A stretch of DNA of 46,673 bases, taken from the NCBI GenBank assembly GCA_964448645.1, contig CAYUZY010000001.1, forward strand, positions 1 to 46,673, read 5' to 3'. A model generated the notes under the pieces. That model searched no databases, was not told where the DNA came from, and saw nothing but the letters and a program-made list of their open reading frames with translations. Positions 1 to 9,055 of the stretch are shown piece after piece. The stretch's first letter is position 1. Every line of letters begins with the position of its first letter. The position numbers and the translations under genes were made by a program. This DNA is from an uncultured Flavobacteriaceae bacterium (lineage in GTDB: Bacteria; Bacteroidota; Bacteroidia; Flavobacteriales; Flavobacteriaceae).

Positions 1-4
1 TCGG

Positions 5-78
5 TGGTCCCACCTGGGCTCGAACCAGGGACCAACTGATTATGAGTCAGCTACTCTAACCAACTGAGCTATAGGACC
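5..78 (-). tRNA. tRNA with anticodon CAT, elongator type; probably tRNA-Ile2 (lysidine-modified) rather than tRNA-Met
   Basis: The reverse complement folds as a cloverleaf. Acceptor is GGTCCTA/TGGGACC, D arm GCTC..GAGT, anticodon stem GCTGA/TCAGT with loop CTCATAA (anticodon CAT), T arm CCTGG-TTCGAGC-CCAGG, discriminator A. The CCA end is not fully encoded. There is no C1:A72 mismatch and no GGG/CCC anticodon stem, so it is not an initiator. C4-G69, C5-G68 and G27:T43 match E. coli tRNA-Ile2. Confidence 0.88.
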
Positions 79-88
79 AATGTTCGTG

Positions 89-96
89 CAAATATA
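89..96 (-). promoter_or_regulatory. Bacteroidota -7 promoter box (TATATTTG) for the CAT tRNA
   Basis: Reverse complement of 89-96 is TATATTTG, matching TAnnTTTG. There are 10 nt between its G and the mature tRNA 5' end at 78. Confidence 0.45.
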
Positions 97-438
97 CAAT
101 TTAGAGACAACTTTTTTGCAACTTTCCAACAAAGGATCATCCTTATGTTTTTTGAAAAAAAAGCCCTCTCTGTAATCGATAAACCTCTGAATGATGAACA
201 TTCTTTTCAACAATTACTAGTGTTTTTTTCACAAAAAAAATTTCTTCCTGACTTTAAATTTCTTTTTAACCCTAAGAAAATTTCTGCTCAATTCTTCTAA
301 TTTAAAATTATATCATAATTCCATTTCATTCAATGGTTTAAATCTAAATATTATCATTTTGCTTTATATTATAATTCGCGATAAAGACAGGTATATCTTG
401 ATTCTCTTTTTATTATATTTACGAATAAAGATATTATT

Positions 439-945
439 ATGTTAAACCTCAAACCGCTTTCCAAAGACTTAATTCCCAAAGCTTTAGTTAAAGCAAACCA
501 TTATCGTTTATTAAATGACGCTTGGCAGGCTGAAAGCATTTGTCGTGATATTTTACAAGTAGACCCAAATCATCAACTTGTCCTTTTGTGCCTAATTTTA
601 GCTATTACTGATCAATTTGAAAATGAAAAAGGTCGTGCGAAATCAGAAGAAGCAAAGGAACTTTGCGAACAACTAAACAGTAAATTTGAGCGAAAATATT
701 ATCAAGGTATTATTTCCGAGCGGCTAGGTATAACCGCATTATTGAGGAATACGCCTCGTGTTAAGTATATTGCTTATGAGCATCTAAGAACTGCTATGGG
801 CTTTTTTGAAGATGCGGAAAAGATTCAACCAAAAGGCAATCAAGATGCTGTTTTAAGATGGAACGCCTGCATAAGACGAATTGAAGAGTTTGACCTAAAA
901 AGCTCTCCAGGGGATAATTCTTTTCAGCCATTTTTGGATGTTTAA
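439..945 (+). CDS. hypothetical protein, 168 aa, soluble, helical/TPR-like appearance
   Basis: Intact ATG ORF with no recognisable catalytic motif. It uses more CGN Arg codons than neighbouring genes. It ends 1 nt from the convergent sdhB stop. Confidence 0.6.
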   Translation: MLNLKPLSKDLIPKALVKANHYRLLNDAWQAESICRDILQVDPNHQLVLLCLILAITDQFENEKGRAKSEEAKELCEQLNSKFERKYYQGIISERLGITALLRNTPRVKYIAYEHLRTAMGFFEDAEKIQPKGNQDAVLRWNACIRRIEEFDLKSSPGDNSFQPFLDV

Positions 946-946
946 T

Positions 947-1720
947 TTAAGGTTTCAAAGGGGGAAATTTCTTCTTTTTTTTGCCAAATATTTTACGAAT
1001 TAAAATAGTGAAAGGGTCATAAAATCTGTCAACTACTCGTTCCTTTAGTGGAATTATTCCGTTATCGGTAATATTAATATGTTCAGGACAAACATCTGTA
1101 CAACACTTGGTGATATTACATATTCCTGACCCAAATTCATTTTTTAATTCTGGAATTCTATCTTCAATATCTAATGGATGCATTTCTAGGCTAGCAACAC
1201 GAATCATAAATCGAGGGCCAACAAATTTATCTTTTTTGTCATGGTCGCGAAGAACATGACATACGTTTTGACATAAATAGCACTCTATACATTTTCGAAA
1301 TTCTTGAACTCTATCAACATCTTTTTGATACATGACATAGCCCTTTTCTGTTTTAGATTTTGAAGAAAGTTTAACAGGCTTTATTCGTTTGTTTTGAGTA
1401 TAATTCCATGAAACATCTGTAACCAAATCTTTAATTACAGGAAAAGTTTTCATTGGGGTAATTATAATGGTTTCGTCTTGTTTATATTCATTCATTCTTG
1501 TCATACAAGACAGCTTTGGCTTGCCATTAATTTCCATACTACAAGAACCACATTTTCCAGCTTTACAATTCCATCGGACGGCTATATCATTAGCTTGTTC
1601 AGCCTGAATTTTGTGAATTACATCAAGTACTACCATTCCTTCTTTGACTTCTGTCTCAAAATTTACCAACTCTCCATTTTTATTATCACCTCTATAAATT
1701 TTAAATTTTCGTTTTACCAT
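947..1720 (-). CDS. sdhB: succinate dehydrogenase/fumarate reductase iron-sulfur subunit
   Basis: Cys clusters CKAGKCGSCS (2Fe-2S), CIECYLCQNVC and CNITKCCTDVCP (4Fe-4S/3Fe-4S). It lies immediately downstream of sdhA. Confidence 0.93.
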   Translation of the reverse strand: MVKRKFKIYRGDNKNGELVNFETEVKEGMVVLDVIHKIQAEQANDIAVRWNCKAGKCGSCSMEINGKPKLSCMTRMNEYKQDETIIITPMKTFPVIKDLVTDVSWNYTQNKRIKPVKLSSKSKTEKGYVMYQKDVDRVQEFRKCIECYLCQNVCHVLRDHDKKDKFVGPRFMIRVASLEMHPLDIEDRIPELKNEFGSGICNITKCCTDVCPEHINITDNGIIPLKERVVDRFYDPFTILIRKIFGKKKKKFPPLKP

Positions 1721-1737
1721 AGTCTATTAGATAATTA

Positions 1738-3606
1738 TCAAAATTGTTGTTTGTTAATTTGAGTTCTTTCTTTTTCTATCTCCTTTTCAAGATCTTCAAT
1801 AGAAGATTCTGCAATTCGAACCAATTCGGTATTTGCAGTTTGACGTTTTACTTTATTCAAATACATTTTACCATTGTCTCCTTTTAAGGAAACTATATTG
1901 TAATCAAGCCACTCTTTTTGTTCTCCAGGAAAATCTGCTCGGGTATGCGCTCCTCTACTTTCTTCACGAAGTTTTGCTGCTCGAGCTACTGCTTCTGAAG
2001 TAATTAAAAGATTTCGTAATCCTAATGCCTCATGCCAACCGGGATTAAATTGTGATGCTCCTTTTGCTTTTACAGTTTTATATTCCTCTTGGATTTTTTC
2101 TATTTTACTTATTCCTTTTTCAAGTTCTTTTTTTGTTCGAATAATCCCAACATTTATTTGCATATTTTGTTCTAATTGCTCGTGTAAAAGATATGGATTA
2201 GCTCCAGATTTACGATTTAAAATGTCTGTTGCATTACGAATTATTTTTTTTGCTTGATCTTTATTAAAATTAGAATTATCTCCCTTTTTCTTTGCAAATT
2301 CAGCTGCATTTTTCCCTGCTAGGTAACCAAAAACTAAAAGATCAGACAAGGAATTTCCTCCCAAGCGATTAGCTCCATGCATTCCTGCTGCACATTCTCC
2401 ACAGGCAAATAATCCAGGAACTGAGCTCATTGCTGTATTTGCATCCACACGAATTCCCCCCATAAAATAATGACAAGTAGGGCCTACTTCCATAGGCTCT
2501 TTAGTAATATCCAATTCTGCTAAAACCATAAATTGATGGTACATAGAAGGAAGCTTTTTTTTAATATCCTCTGGAGTTCTTTGTGAGGCAATATTTAGAT
2601 AAGCTCCTCCATGCTTTGATCCTCTTCCGGCTTTAACCTCTTCATTAATTGCTCTAGCTACAACATCTCTAGTTAATAATTCTGGAGGGCGTCTAGCGCT
2701 AGGGTCTCCTGCCAACCATCCTGCGGCTTCTTCTTCATCTTTTGCCGTTTCTGAACGAAATCGTTCAGGAATATAATTAAACATAAATCGAGTGCCTTTT
2801 TTATTCATAAGTATTCCTCCTTCTCCTCTAACACTTTCAGTAACTAAAATCCCTTTTACTGACAATGGCCAGACCATTCCAGTAGGATGAAATTGATTAA
2901 ACTCTAAATCCATCAGTTCTGCTCCTGCCTCATAAGCCAAAGCATACCCGTCACCAGTATATTCCCAAGAATTTGATGTAACATCCCATGCTTTTCCAGC
3001 TCCTCCAGTTGCTAAAATGATAGACTTTGCTTTAAATATTGCAAAAGATCCTGTTTCCCTCCACATACAAACTACACCACACACTTTGCCTTTTTCGTCC
3101 TTTAATAAGTCTAAGGCTGTACATTCCATATAAGTTTCAATTCCTTTATGAATGCCATGATCTTGAAGTGTTCGAATCATTTCAAGTCCAGTACGATCTC
3201 CAACATGTGCTAATCGGGGATATCTATGTCCTCCAAAATTTCTTTGATTAATCAATCCTTTATTAGTGCGATCAAAAACTGCTCCCCATTCTTCAAGAAG
3301 ACGCACACGTTCTGGGGCAAGTTTAGCATGAAGTTCAGCCATTCTCCATACATTAAGAAATTTTCCGCCTCGCATTGTGTCACGAAAGTGAATCTTCCAA
3401 TGATCACGCTTGTCAACATTACCCAATGCAGCTGCCATTCCTCCTTCAGCCATAACAGTATGAGCTTTTCCTAAAAGCGATTTCATAACAATACCGGTAC
3501 TCATGCCATGACTTGAAGCTTCAATTGCAGCACTTAATCCTGCTCCGCCAGCTCCAACAATTAACACATCATGTTCAAAAGTTTTAATTTTAGATATATC
3601 TAACAT
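1738..3606 (-). CDS. sdhA: succinate dehydrogenase/fumarate reductase flavoprotein subunit
   Basis: FAD fold DVLIVGAGGAGLSAA, plus HPTG, RGEGG and ESRGAHTR motifs. 622 aa, in an sdhC-A-B operon. Confidence 0.95.
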   Translation of the reverse strand: MLDISKIKTFEHDVLIVGAGGAGLSAAIEASSHGMSTGIVMKSLLGKAHTVMAEGGMAAALGNVDKRDHWKIHFRDTMRGGKFLNVWRMAELHAKLAPERVRLLEEWGAVFDRTNKGLINQRNFGGHRYPRLAHVGDRTGLEMIRTLQDHGIHKGIETYMECTALDLLKDEKGKVCGVVCMWRETGSFAIFKAKSIILATGGAGKAWDVTSNSWEYTGDGYALAYEAGAELMDLEFNQFHPTGMVWPLSVKGILVTESVRGEGGILMNKKGTRFMFNYIPERFRSETAKDEEEAAGWLAGDPSARRPPELLTRDVVARAINEEVKAGRGSKHGGAYLNIASQRTPEDIKKKLPSMYHQFMVLAELDITKEPMEVGPTCHYFMGGIRVDANTAMSSVPGLFACGECAAGMHGANRLGGNSLSDLLVFGYLAGKNAAEFAKKKGDNSNFNKDQAKKIIRNATDILNRKSGANPYLLHEQLEQNMQINVGIIRTKKELEKGISKIEKIQEEYKTVKAKGASQFNPGWHEALGLRNLLITSEAVARAAKLREESRGAHTRADFPGEQKEWLDYNIVSLKGDNGKMYLNKVKRQTANTELVRIAESSIEDLEKEIEKERTQINKQQF

Positions 3607-3618
3607 AAGTCATTGATT

Positions 3619-4476
3619 TTATAACCCCCATGTATTTGGATCGTTAATATATCCCATCGAAACCATTCGAATATATAAATCAGCTATCATTATCCATATT
3701 AAACTAAGCCATGCAAATAATTCATGCCGACGATTAAGCCAGCCAACTATTTTTCCGTTTTGATAAGATATCTTTCCATTCAACCCACATGAATAGCAAT
3801 CCCTGCTTCCTCCTATAAGATGACGAATTGAATGACAACCAAAAACATAACTCGATAATAAAACAGGATTTCCTAATATAAGTATGCTTCCAAGACCAAC
3901 GCCAAATTCACCTCCTCTAAAAAAAGATAAATAAGCGTCATAAAAAAAGACTATAATATAAATTACTGCAAAATAGACTGTAATGCGGTGTATATTTTGG
4001 ACAACCATAAGTCCCGTTTCTCCTTTATATCCTTCTTTTCTTTTGCGTGGTAAAGCCCCCACAGCACATGCTGGAGGTGTTCCAGAAAATGCCCTATAAT
4101 AAGCTTTTCTATAGTAATAACAAGTGAATCTAAATATTCCAGGAACTGCTAAAATTAATAAAGATGGAGATGGAGGAATCCAACTAGGCCACCAAGTAGG
4201 CCAGGGCCCAAAAATTGAATGAGCCATTGGGGCAGCGCCTTCAACACCTTCTTTAATAAAAAGAAGTGGAGAATAAAAAGGAGCAAGATATCCGCCAAAA
4301 CCTTCTTTTCCATTACTGTACCAATAAAAATCAGCTTGCCAAGCAGACCAAAATCCGTAAATTAGAAAAACAGTTAACCCAAAAACTACCAACGCCGGAT
4401 AGAGCCACCAATTATCATTACGTAAAGTTTTTATAAATCCTTTGTCATTAATGGCAAAAGAAGTTTTTCTATACAT
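3619..4476 (-). CDS. sdhC: succinate dehydrogenase membrane anchor subunit (single large anchor, about 285 aa)
   Basis: First gene of the sdh operon. Multi-TM, Trp/Tyr-rich, with a GCHSIRH...DCYSC Cys/His patch. I moved the start from TTG 4506 to ATG 4476 (MYRKTSF) because the TTG is part of a TATTTTTG -7 box. Confidence 0.75.
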   Translation of the reverse strand: MYRKTSFAINDKGFIKTLRNDNWWLYPALVVFGLTVFLIYGFWSAWQADFYWYSNGKEGFGGYLAPFYSPLLFIKEGVEGAAPMAHSIFGPWPTWWPSWIPPSPSLLILAVPGIFRFTCYYYRKAYYRAFSGTPPACAVGALPRKRKEGYKGETGLMVVQNIHRITVYFAVIYIIVFFYDAYLSFFRGGEFGVGLGSILILGNPVLLSSYVFGCHSIRHLIGGSRDCYSCGLNGKISYQNGKIVGWLNRRHELFAWLSLIWIMIADLYIRMVSMGYINDPNTWGL

Positions 4477-4503
4477 TAAATAAAATTTATTATAGATAGT
4501 TCC

Positions 4504-4511
4504 CAAAAATA
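4504..4511 (-). promoter_or_regulatory. -7 promoter box (TATTTTTG) of the sdhCAB operon
   Basis: Reverse complement of 4504-4511 is TATTTTTG. There are 27 nt between its G and ATG 4476. Confidence 0.45.
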
Positions 4512-4571
4512 AACAATTATTAAATGAACCTGTCCCAACAAAATAAAAAAAAATAAAAATTATTAAATACC

Positions 4572-4579
4572 TATTTTTG
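4572..4579 (+). promoter_or_regulatory. -7 promoter box (TATTTTTG) abutting the rbfA start; leaderless candidate
   Basis: TATTTTTG at 4572-4579. Only 4 nt (CTAT) separate it from ATG 4584. Confidence 0.45.
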
Positions 4580-4583
4580 CTAT

Positions 4584-4982
4584 ATGTTTAAAAATGAATC
4601 TCCCAGGCAAAAAAAATTTAACACCCTTCTTCAAAAAGAATTGGCAATTCTATTACAAAATTATATTAGAAAAGGGGCGTTCTCTAATTTTATTGTTTCT
4701 GTAACAAAAGTATATATTACAGCTGATCTTTCGTTAGCTAAAATTTATATTAGCGTTTTTCCTTCAAATAAATCATTAATTCAAATAGAGAATCTTTCAA
4801 GTAATAGTTCAAAAATAAAACATGCCCTTTCACAAAAATTAAAAAATCAACTTAGAAAAATTCCTGAACTTAAATTTATTTTGGATGATTCTTTAGATTA
4901 TATTGAGGGAATTGAAAAATCGTTAAAACAAAGTAAAGACTCCGAATACAATAAAAATATATTAAAAAATAAAAAAACATGA
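4584..4982 (+). CDS. rbfA: ribosome-binding factor A
   Basis: 132 aa. The N-terminal RQKKFNTLLQKELAILL pattern is typical of RbfA. Its TGA stop overlaps the next ATG (ATGA). Confidence 0.85.
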   Translation: MFKNESPRQKKFNTLLQKELAILLQNYIRKGAFSNFIVSVTKVYITADLSLAKIYISVFPSNKSLIQIENLSSNSSKIKHALSQKLKNQLRKIPELKFILDDSLDYIEGIEKSLKQSKDSEYNKNILKNKKT

Positions 4983-6190
4983 CACATGTTTTTAAAATAG
5001 CATTTAGATATTTCTTTTCTAAAAACGAACAAACAGTAATTAACAGAATAAATTTCTTGTCTTTAATTCTTATAATAATATCCTCTGCCTCATTATTTCT
5101 TGTTCTTAGTGCTTTTGATGGGTTAAAAACCTTTGGACTTTCATTTTCAAATAAATTTGATGCAGATTATGAGTTAAGTCCAATAAACGGGAAATATTTG
5201 ACTCTTTCATCTAAAAAAATTTCAGAAATAAAAAATATAGATGAAGTAATTGAAATTGCTCCCCAAATTGAAGAAAAAGTTTTTTTATCCTTTAAAGAAA
5301 AAAATCAAGTTGCTGTATTAAAAGGAGTTGATTCTACTTATAATAAAGTAATCCCAATAAAAGATCTTGTTTTAATTGGAGATTGGATTGATTATGATAC
5401 TTCTAAAACAGTAATAGGTTATGGAATTTCAACAAAATTAGGTCTTGGTGTATATGATTATTCTTCTTTTCTTAAAATTAGTGTTCCACAAAATAAAACT
5501 TCAAGTGTTTTAAATCTTAACCCATTTAAAAGTCTGCCATTAATTGTTGTTGGTCTCTATCAGATTAATGAAGAATTGGACAACAAGTACATTTTTACAT
5601 CTATCTCTTTTGCCAAAGACCTTCTCAACTTAAAAGAAAATCAATGCAGTAATATAATTCTTAAAACAAACAATACTGAAAACAAAAAACAGCTTGAAAA
5701 AAAAATAAACTTAATTGTTGGAGAAAAAATAAAACTTACATCTAGACTAGAAAAAAATGCAGCCTTATATAAAATGCTTAATACAGAAAATATAGCTGTT
5801 TATTTTATTTTCTCATTAGTTATGATCGTTTCTTTATTTAATTTAATTGGCTCTTTAATTATGATGATTCTCAATAAGAAAAAGGAAATGAAAATATTAA
5901 TTGCAATGGGAATGTCAAATAAAAATCTTAGTCAAATTTTTTATTTAATCGGATTAATTATCTGTTTTATTGGTGGGGTTACAGGAATTTCTTTGGGTGC
6001 TTTTTTAGTCTTTATTCAAAAATATTCTTCTATAATTTATGTACCCGGAACAAATCTTGCTTATCCTGTTGAGTTTAACTTGAAAAATGTAATCATTGTT
6101 TTCTTAACGCTTATTATTTTAGGATCAATAAGCAGTCTTTGGTCGATACGAGGAGTAAAAAACCTTTCTAATCAAGCTATAAATTCATAA
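4979..6190 (+). CDS. FtsX-like / LolC-LolE family ABC transporter permease
   Basis: 403 aa. One N-terminal TM helix, a large periplasmic domain, then three C-terminal TM helices (the FtsX/MacB architecture). The rbfA-permease pairing is common in Flavobacteriia, from memory. Confidence 0.8.
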   Translation: MTHVFKIAFRYFFSKNEQTVINRINFLSLILIIISSASLFLVLSAFDGLKTFGLSFSNKFDADYELSPINGKYLTLSSKKISEIKNIDEVIEIAPQIEEKVFLSFKEKNQVAVLKGVDSTYNKVIPIKDLVLIGDWIDYDTSKTVIGYGISTKLGLGVYDYSSFLKISVPQNKTSSVLNLNPFKSLPLIVVGLYQINEELDNKYIFTSISFAKDLLNLKENQCSNIILKTNNTENKKQLEKKINLIVGEKIKLTSRLEKNAALYKMLNTENIAVYFIFSLVMIVSLFNLIGSLIMMILNKKKEMKILIAMGMSNKNLSQIFYLIGLIICFIGGVTGISLGAFLVFIQKYSSIIYVPGTNLAYPVEFNLKNVIIVFLTLIILGSISSLWSIRGVKNLSNQAINS

Positions 6191-7167
6191 TTATAATACT
6201 TTTCTAAAACTTCTTCCAATATTTCAAAAACTTCAATTGAAGAATTAGACGTAACTAATCTTGTTCTAATAGATTTAAAATTTGATATTCCCTTAAAATA
6301 ATTATAATAATGTCTTCTAGTTTCTAATATTCCCAAAACTTCGCCTTTCCAAGATATAGACATTTTTAAATGTCTTTTAACAGCTTCTACTCTTTCAAAA
6401 ATTGAAGGAGGTTCCAAATAAGAATTTTCTTTTAAATAATACTTTACTTGATTAAAAAACCATGGATTTCCAATACATGCCCTTCCTATCATAGCCCCAT
6501 CTAAACCATAATAATCTCTCATTAATTTTGCTTTTTCCGGAGAGTTAATGTCCCCATTTCCAAAAACAGGAATCTTCATTCTAGGGTTATTTTTAACCTC
6601 AGCTATTTTATTCCAATTAGCTTCTCCTTTATACATCTGAGCTCTTGTTCTTCCATGAATAGAAATTGCAGAAATCCCTACATCTTGTAATTTTTCAGCA
6701 ACCTCAACTATTCTAATAGATTTTTCATCCCAGCCTAATCTTGTTTTTACGGTAACTGGCAATTTTGTTCTTTTTACCATTTCTTTAGTTAACTTAACCA
6801 TTAAAGGAATATCTTTTAATATACCCGCACCCGCTCCCTTACATACAACTTTTTTTACAGGACATCCAAAATTTATATCTATAATATCTGGTTTTGATGC
6901 CTCAACAATATCAATTGATTTTAACATTGACTCAATATTAGATCCAAAAATTTGTATTCCCACAGGTCTCTCTTTTTCATATATGTCAAGTTTTTGAACA
7001 CTTTTTATAGCATCCCTTATTAAGCCTTCGCTTGAAATAAATTCAGTGTAAACAATATCCGCTCCATTTTCTTTACACAAAGCTCGAAATGGAGGATCAC
7101 TGACATCTTCCATTGGTGCTAACAAAAGAGGAAATGAACTAAATTCAATTTTTCCTATTTTAACCAT
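6172..7167 (-). CDS. dusB: tRNA-dihydrouridine synthase
   Basis: LAPMEDVSDPPFR, INFGCP and HGRT motifs of the Dus family. 331 aa. Confidence 0.9.
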   Translation of the reverse strand: MVKIGKIEFSSFPLLLAPMEDVSDPPFRALCKENGADIVYTEFISSEGLIRDAIKSVQKLDIYEKERPVGIQIFGSNIESMLKSIDIVEASKPDIIDINFGCPVKKVVCKGAGAGILKDIPLMVKLTKEMVKRTKLPVTVKTRLGWDEKSIRIVEVAEKLQDVGISAISIHGRTRAQMYKGEANWNKIAEVKNNPRMKIPVFGNGDINSPEKAKLMRDYYGLDGAMIGRACIGNPWFFNQVKYYLKENSYLEPPSIFERVEAVKRHLKMSISWKGEVLGILETRRHYYNYFKGISNFKSIRTRLVTSNSSIEVFEILEEVLEKYYNYEFIA

Positions 7168-7186
7168 GATTAAATAATCTTTTTTG

Positions 7187-7194
7187 CAAAATTA
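7187..7194 (-). promoter_or_regulatory. -7 promoter box (TAATTTTG) for dusB
   Basis: Reverse complement of 7187-7194 is TAATTTTG. There are 19 nt to ATG 7167. Confidence 0.4.
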
Positions 7195-7233
7195 ATCTTT
7201 TTAAAGGATTATAAATCTCGAATTCAAATGACT

Positions 7234-7241
7234 TATCTTTG
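7234..7241 (+). promoter_or_regulatory. -7 promoter box (TATCTTTG) for lepA
   Basis: TATCTTTG with 17 nt to ATG 7259. The extended 14-mer TATCTTTGTAATTT is identical to the one upstream of ybeY (26167). Confidence 0.5.
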
Positions 7242-7258
7242 TAATTTCAAAACAATTA

Positions 7259-9055
7259 ATGAAAAACATTCGTAATTTTTGCATAATAGCTCATATTGAT
7301 CATGGAAAAAGTACATTGGCTGATCGCCTTTTAGATATTACTGGTTCTATTTCTGAAAGAGAAAAAAAAGATCAATTATTGGATAATATGGATCTTGAAA
7401 GAGAAAGAGGAATCACAATAAAATCTCATGCTATTCAAATGAATTTTAACCATAATAATGAAGATTATATTCTAAACTTAATTGACACTCCAGGCCATGT
7501 TGATTTTTCATATGAAGTTTCAAGATCTATTGCTGCATGTGAAGGAGCTTTGTTAATTGTTGATGCTTCGCAAAGCATACAAGCGCAAACTATTTCCAAT
7601 TTATATTTAGCCCTTGAAAATGATTTAGAAATAATTCCTGTTTTAAATAAAGTAGACCTTCCTTCTGCAAATTTAGAAGAAGTTACAGACGACATTATAA
7701 ATTTATTAGGCTGTAAAAAAGAAGATATTATTAAAGCTTCTGCTAAAACCGGTGAAGGAGTAGAAAAAATTCTTAAAAATATTGTCAATAAAATTCCTTG
7801 CCCAAAAGGAAACGCTAATCTCCCTTTAGAAGCATTAATTTTTGATTCTGTCTACAATCCCTTTAGAGGAATAGAAACTTATTTTAGAATTATAAATGGC
7901 AAAATATCAAAAGGTCAAAAAATTAAATTTATGTCAACTAAAAAAGATTATTACGCTGATGAAATTGGAACTTTAATGTTAAATCAATTGCCAAAAAAAG
8001 AAATCTTTGCTGGAGATGTAGGTTATTTGATTACAGGTATAAAAGAGGCCAAAGAAGTTAAAGTGGGAGATACAATTACTGCCTCTGATAATCCAACTAA
8101 AAAAGCAATTGAAGGCTTTGAAGAAGTTAAGCCTATGGTTTTTGCTGGAATTTATCCTGTAGACACAGATGATTATGAAGAATTAAGAAATAGCATGGAA
8201 AAACTACAATTAAATGATGCTTCTTTAGTTTTTATTCCTGAAAGCTCCGCTGCATTGGGTTTTGGATTTAGGTGTGGTTTTCTTGGTATGCTTCATTTAG
8301 AAATTATTCAAGAAAGACTTGAAAGAGAATTTAATATGCCCGTAATAACTACTGTCCCGAATGTTTCTTATCAAGCTTTTACAAAAAAAAGGCCTTCGGT
8401 TTCAATTATAGTAAACAACCCTTCAGATCTTCCTGATCCTTCATCACTAGAAAAAGTTGAAGAACCTTATATAAAAGCAAGTATAATTACTAAATCTGAT
8501 TTTGTTGGAAATGTAATGACTCTTTGTATTGAAAAAAGAGGTCAAATAACAAACCAAACTTATATTACTACTGATAGAGTAGAACTTTCTTTTGATATGC
8601 CTTTAGCAGAAATTGTTTTTGATTTCTATGACAGGCTTAAAAGTGTTTCTAAAGGATATGCTTCCTTTGATTATAGCCCCATAGGATTTAAAAAATCTTC
8701 TTTAGTTAAATTAGATATCCTTTTAAACAGTAATCCTGTAGACGCACTATCTTCATTAATTCACTCTCAAAATTCATATACAATTGGAAAAAAAATGTGT
8801 GAAAAACTAAAAGAACTAATTCCTCGTCAACAATTTGATATTCCAATTCAAGCTGCAATTGGAGCCAAAATTATTTCACGTGAAACCGTAAAAGCTTTAA
8901 GAAAAGATGTTACAGCAAAATGTTATGGAGGAGATATTACTAGAAAAAGGAAACTTCTAGAAAAACAAAAAAAAGGAAAGAAAAAAATGAGACAAGTAGG
9001 AAATGTAGAAATTCCACAACAAGCTTTCATGGCGGTACTTAAACTTAATGAATAG
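7259..9055 (+). CDS. lepA: translation elongation factor 4
   Basis: GTPase motifs [14 protein letters not shown] and NKVD, plus the LepA-specific C-terminal domain. 598 aa. Confidence 0.97.
   Translation: MKNIRNFCIIAHIDHGKSTLADRLLDITGSISEREKKDQLLDNMDLERERGITIKSHAIQMNFNHNNEDYILNLIDTPGHVDFSYEVSRSIAACEGALLIVDASQSIQAQTISNLYLALENDLEIIPVLNKVDLPSANLEEVTDDIINLLGCKKEDIIKASAKTGEGVEKILKNIVNKIPCPKGNANLPLEALIFDSVYNPFRGIETYFRIINGKISKGQKIKFMSTKKDYYADEIGTLMLNQLPKKEIFAGDVGYLITGIKEAKEVKVGDTITASDNPTKKAIEGFEEVKPMVFAGIYPVDTDDYEELRNSMEKLQLNDASLVFIPESSAALGFGFRCGFLGMLHLEIIQERLEREFNMPVITTVPNVSYQAFTKKRPSVSIIVNNPSDLPDPSSLEKVEEPYIKASIITKSDFVGNVMTLCIEKRGQITNQTYITTDRVELSFDMPLAEIVFDFYDRLKSVSKGYASFDYSPIGFKKSSLVKLDILLNSNPVDALSSLIHSQNSYTIGKKMCEKLKELIPRQQFDIPIQAAIGAKIISRETVKALRKDVTAKCYGGDITRKRKLLEKQKKGKKKMRQVGNVEIPQQAFMAVLKLNE

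Noticed and set aside
145-300. A 51-codon ATG ORF between the tRNA and the 168-aa gene.
   Set aside because: I did not list it as a feature. It is short, has no recognisable motif and no promoter box, and the frame is open upstream of the ATG as well. I mention it only as something to BLAST.
1-4510. Higher GC of the first 4.5 kb as evidence for a horizontally acquired island.
   Set aside because: Conserved cofactor-binding segments elsewhere, such as the mnmG FAD motif, show equally high local GC. The sdh genes mix AGA and CGN Arg codons as lepA does. I found no integrase and no att-like repeat of the tRNA end. I kept it only as a low-interest note for the 168-aa orphan.
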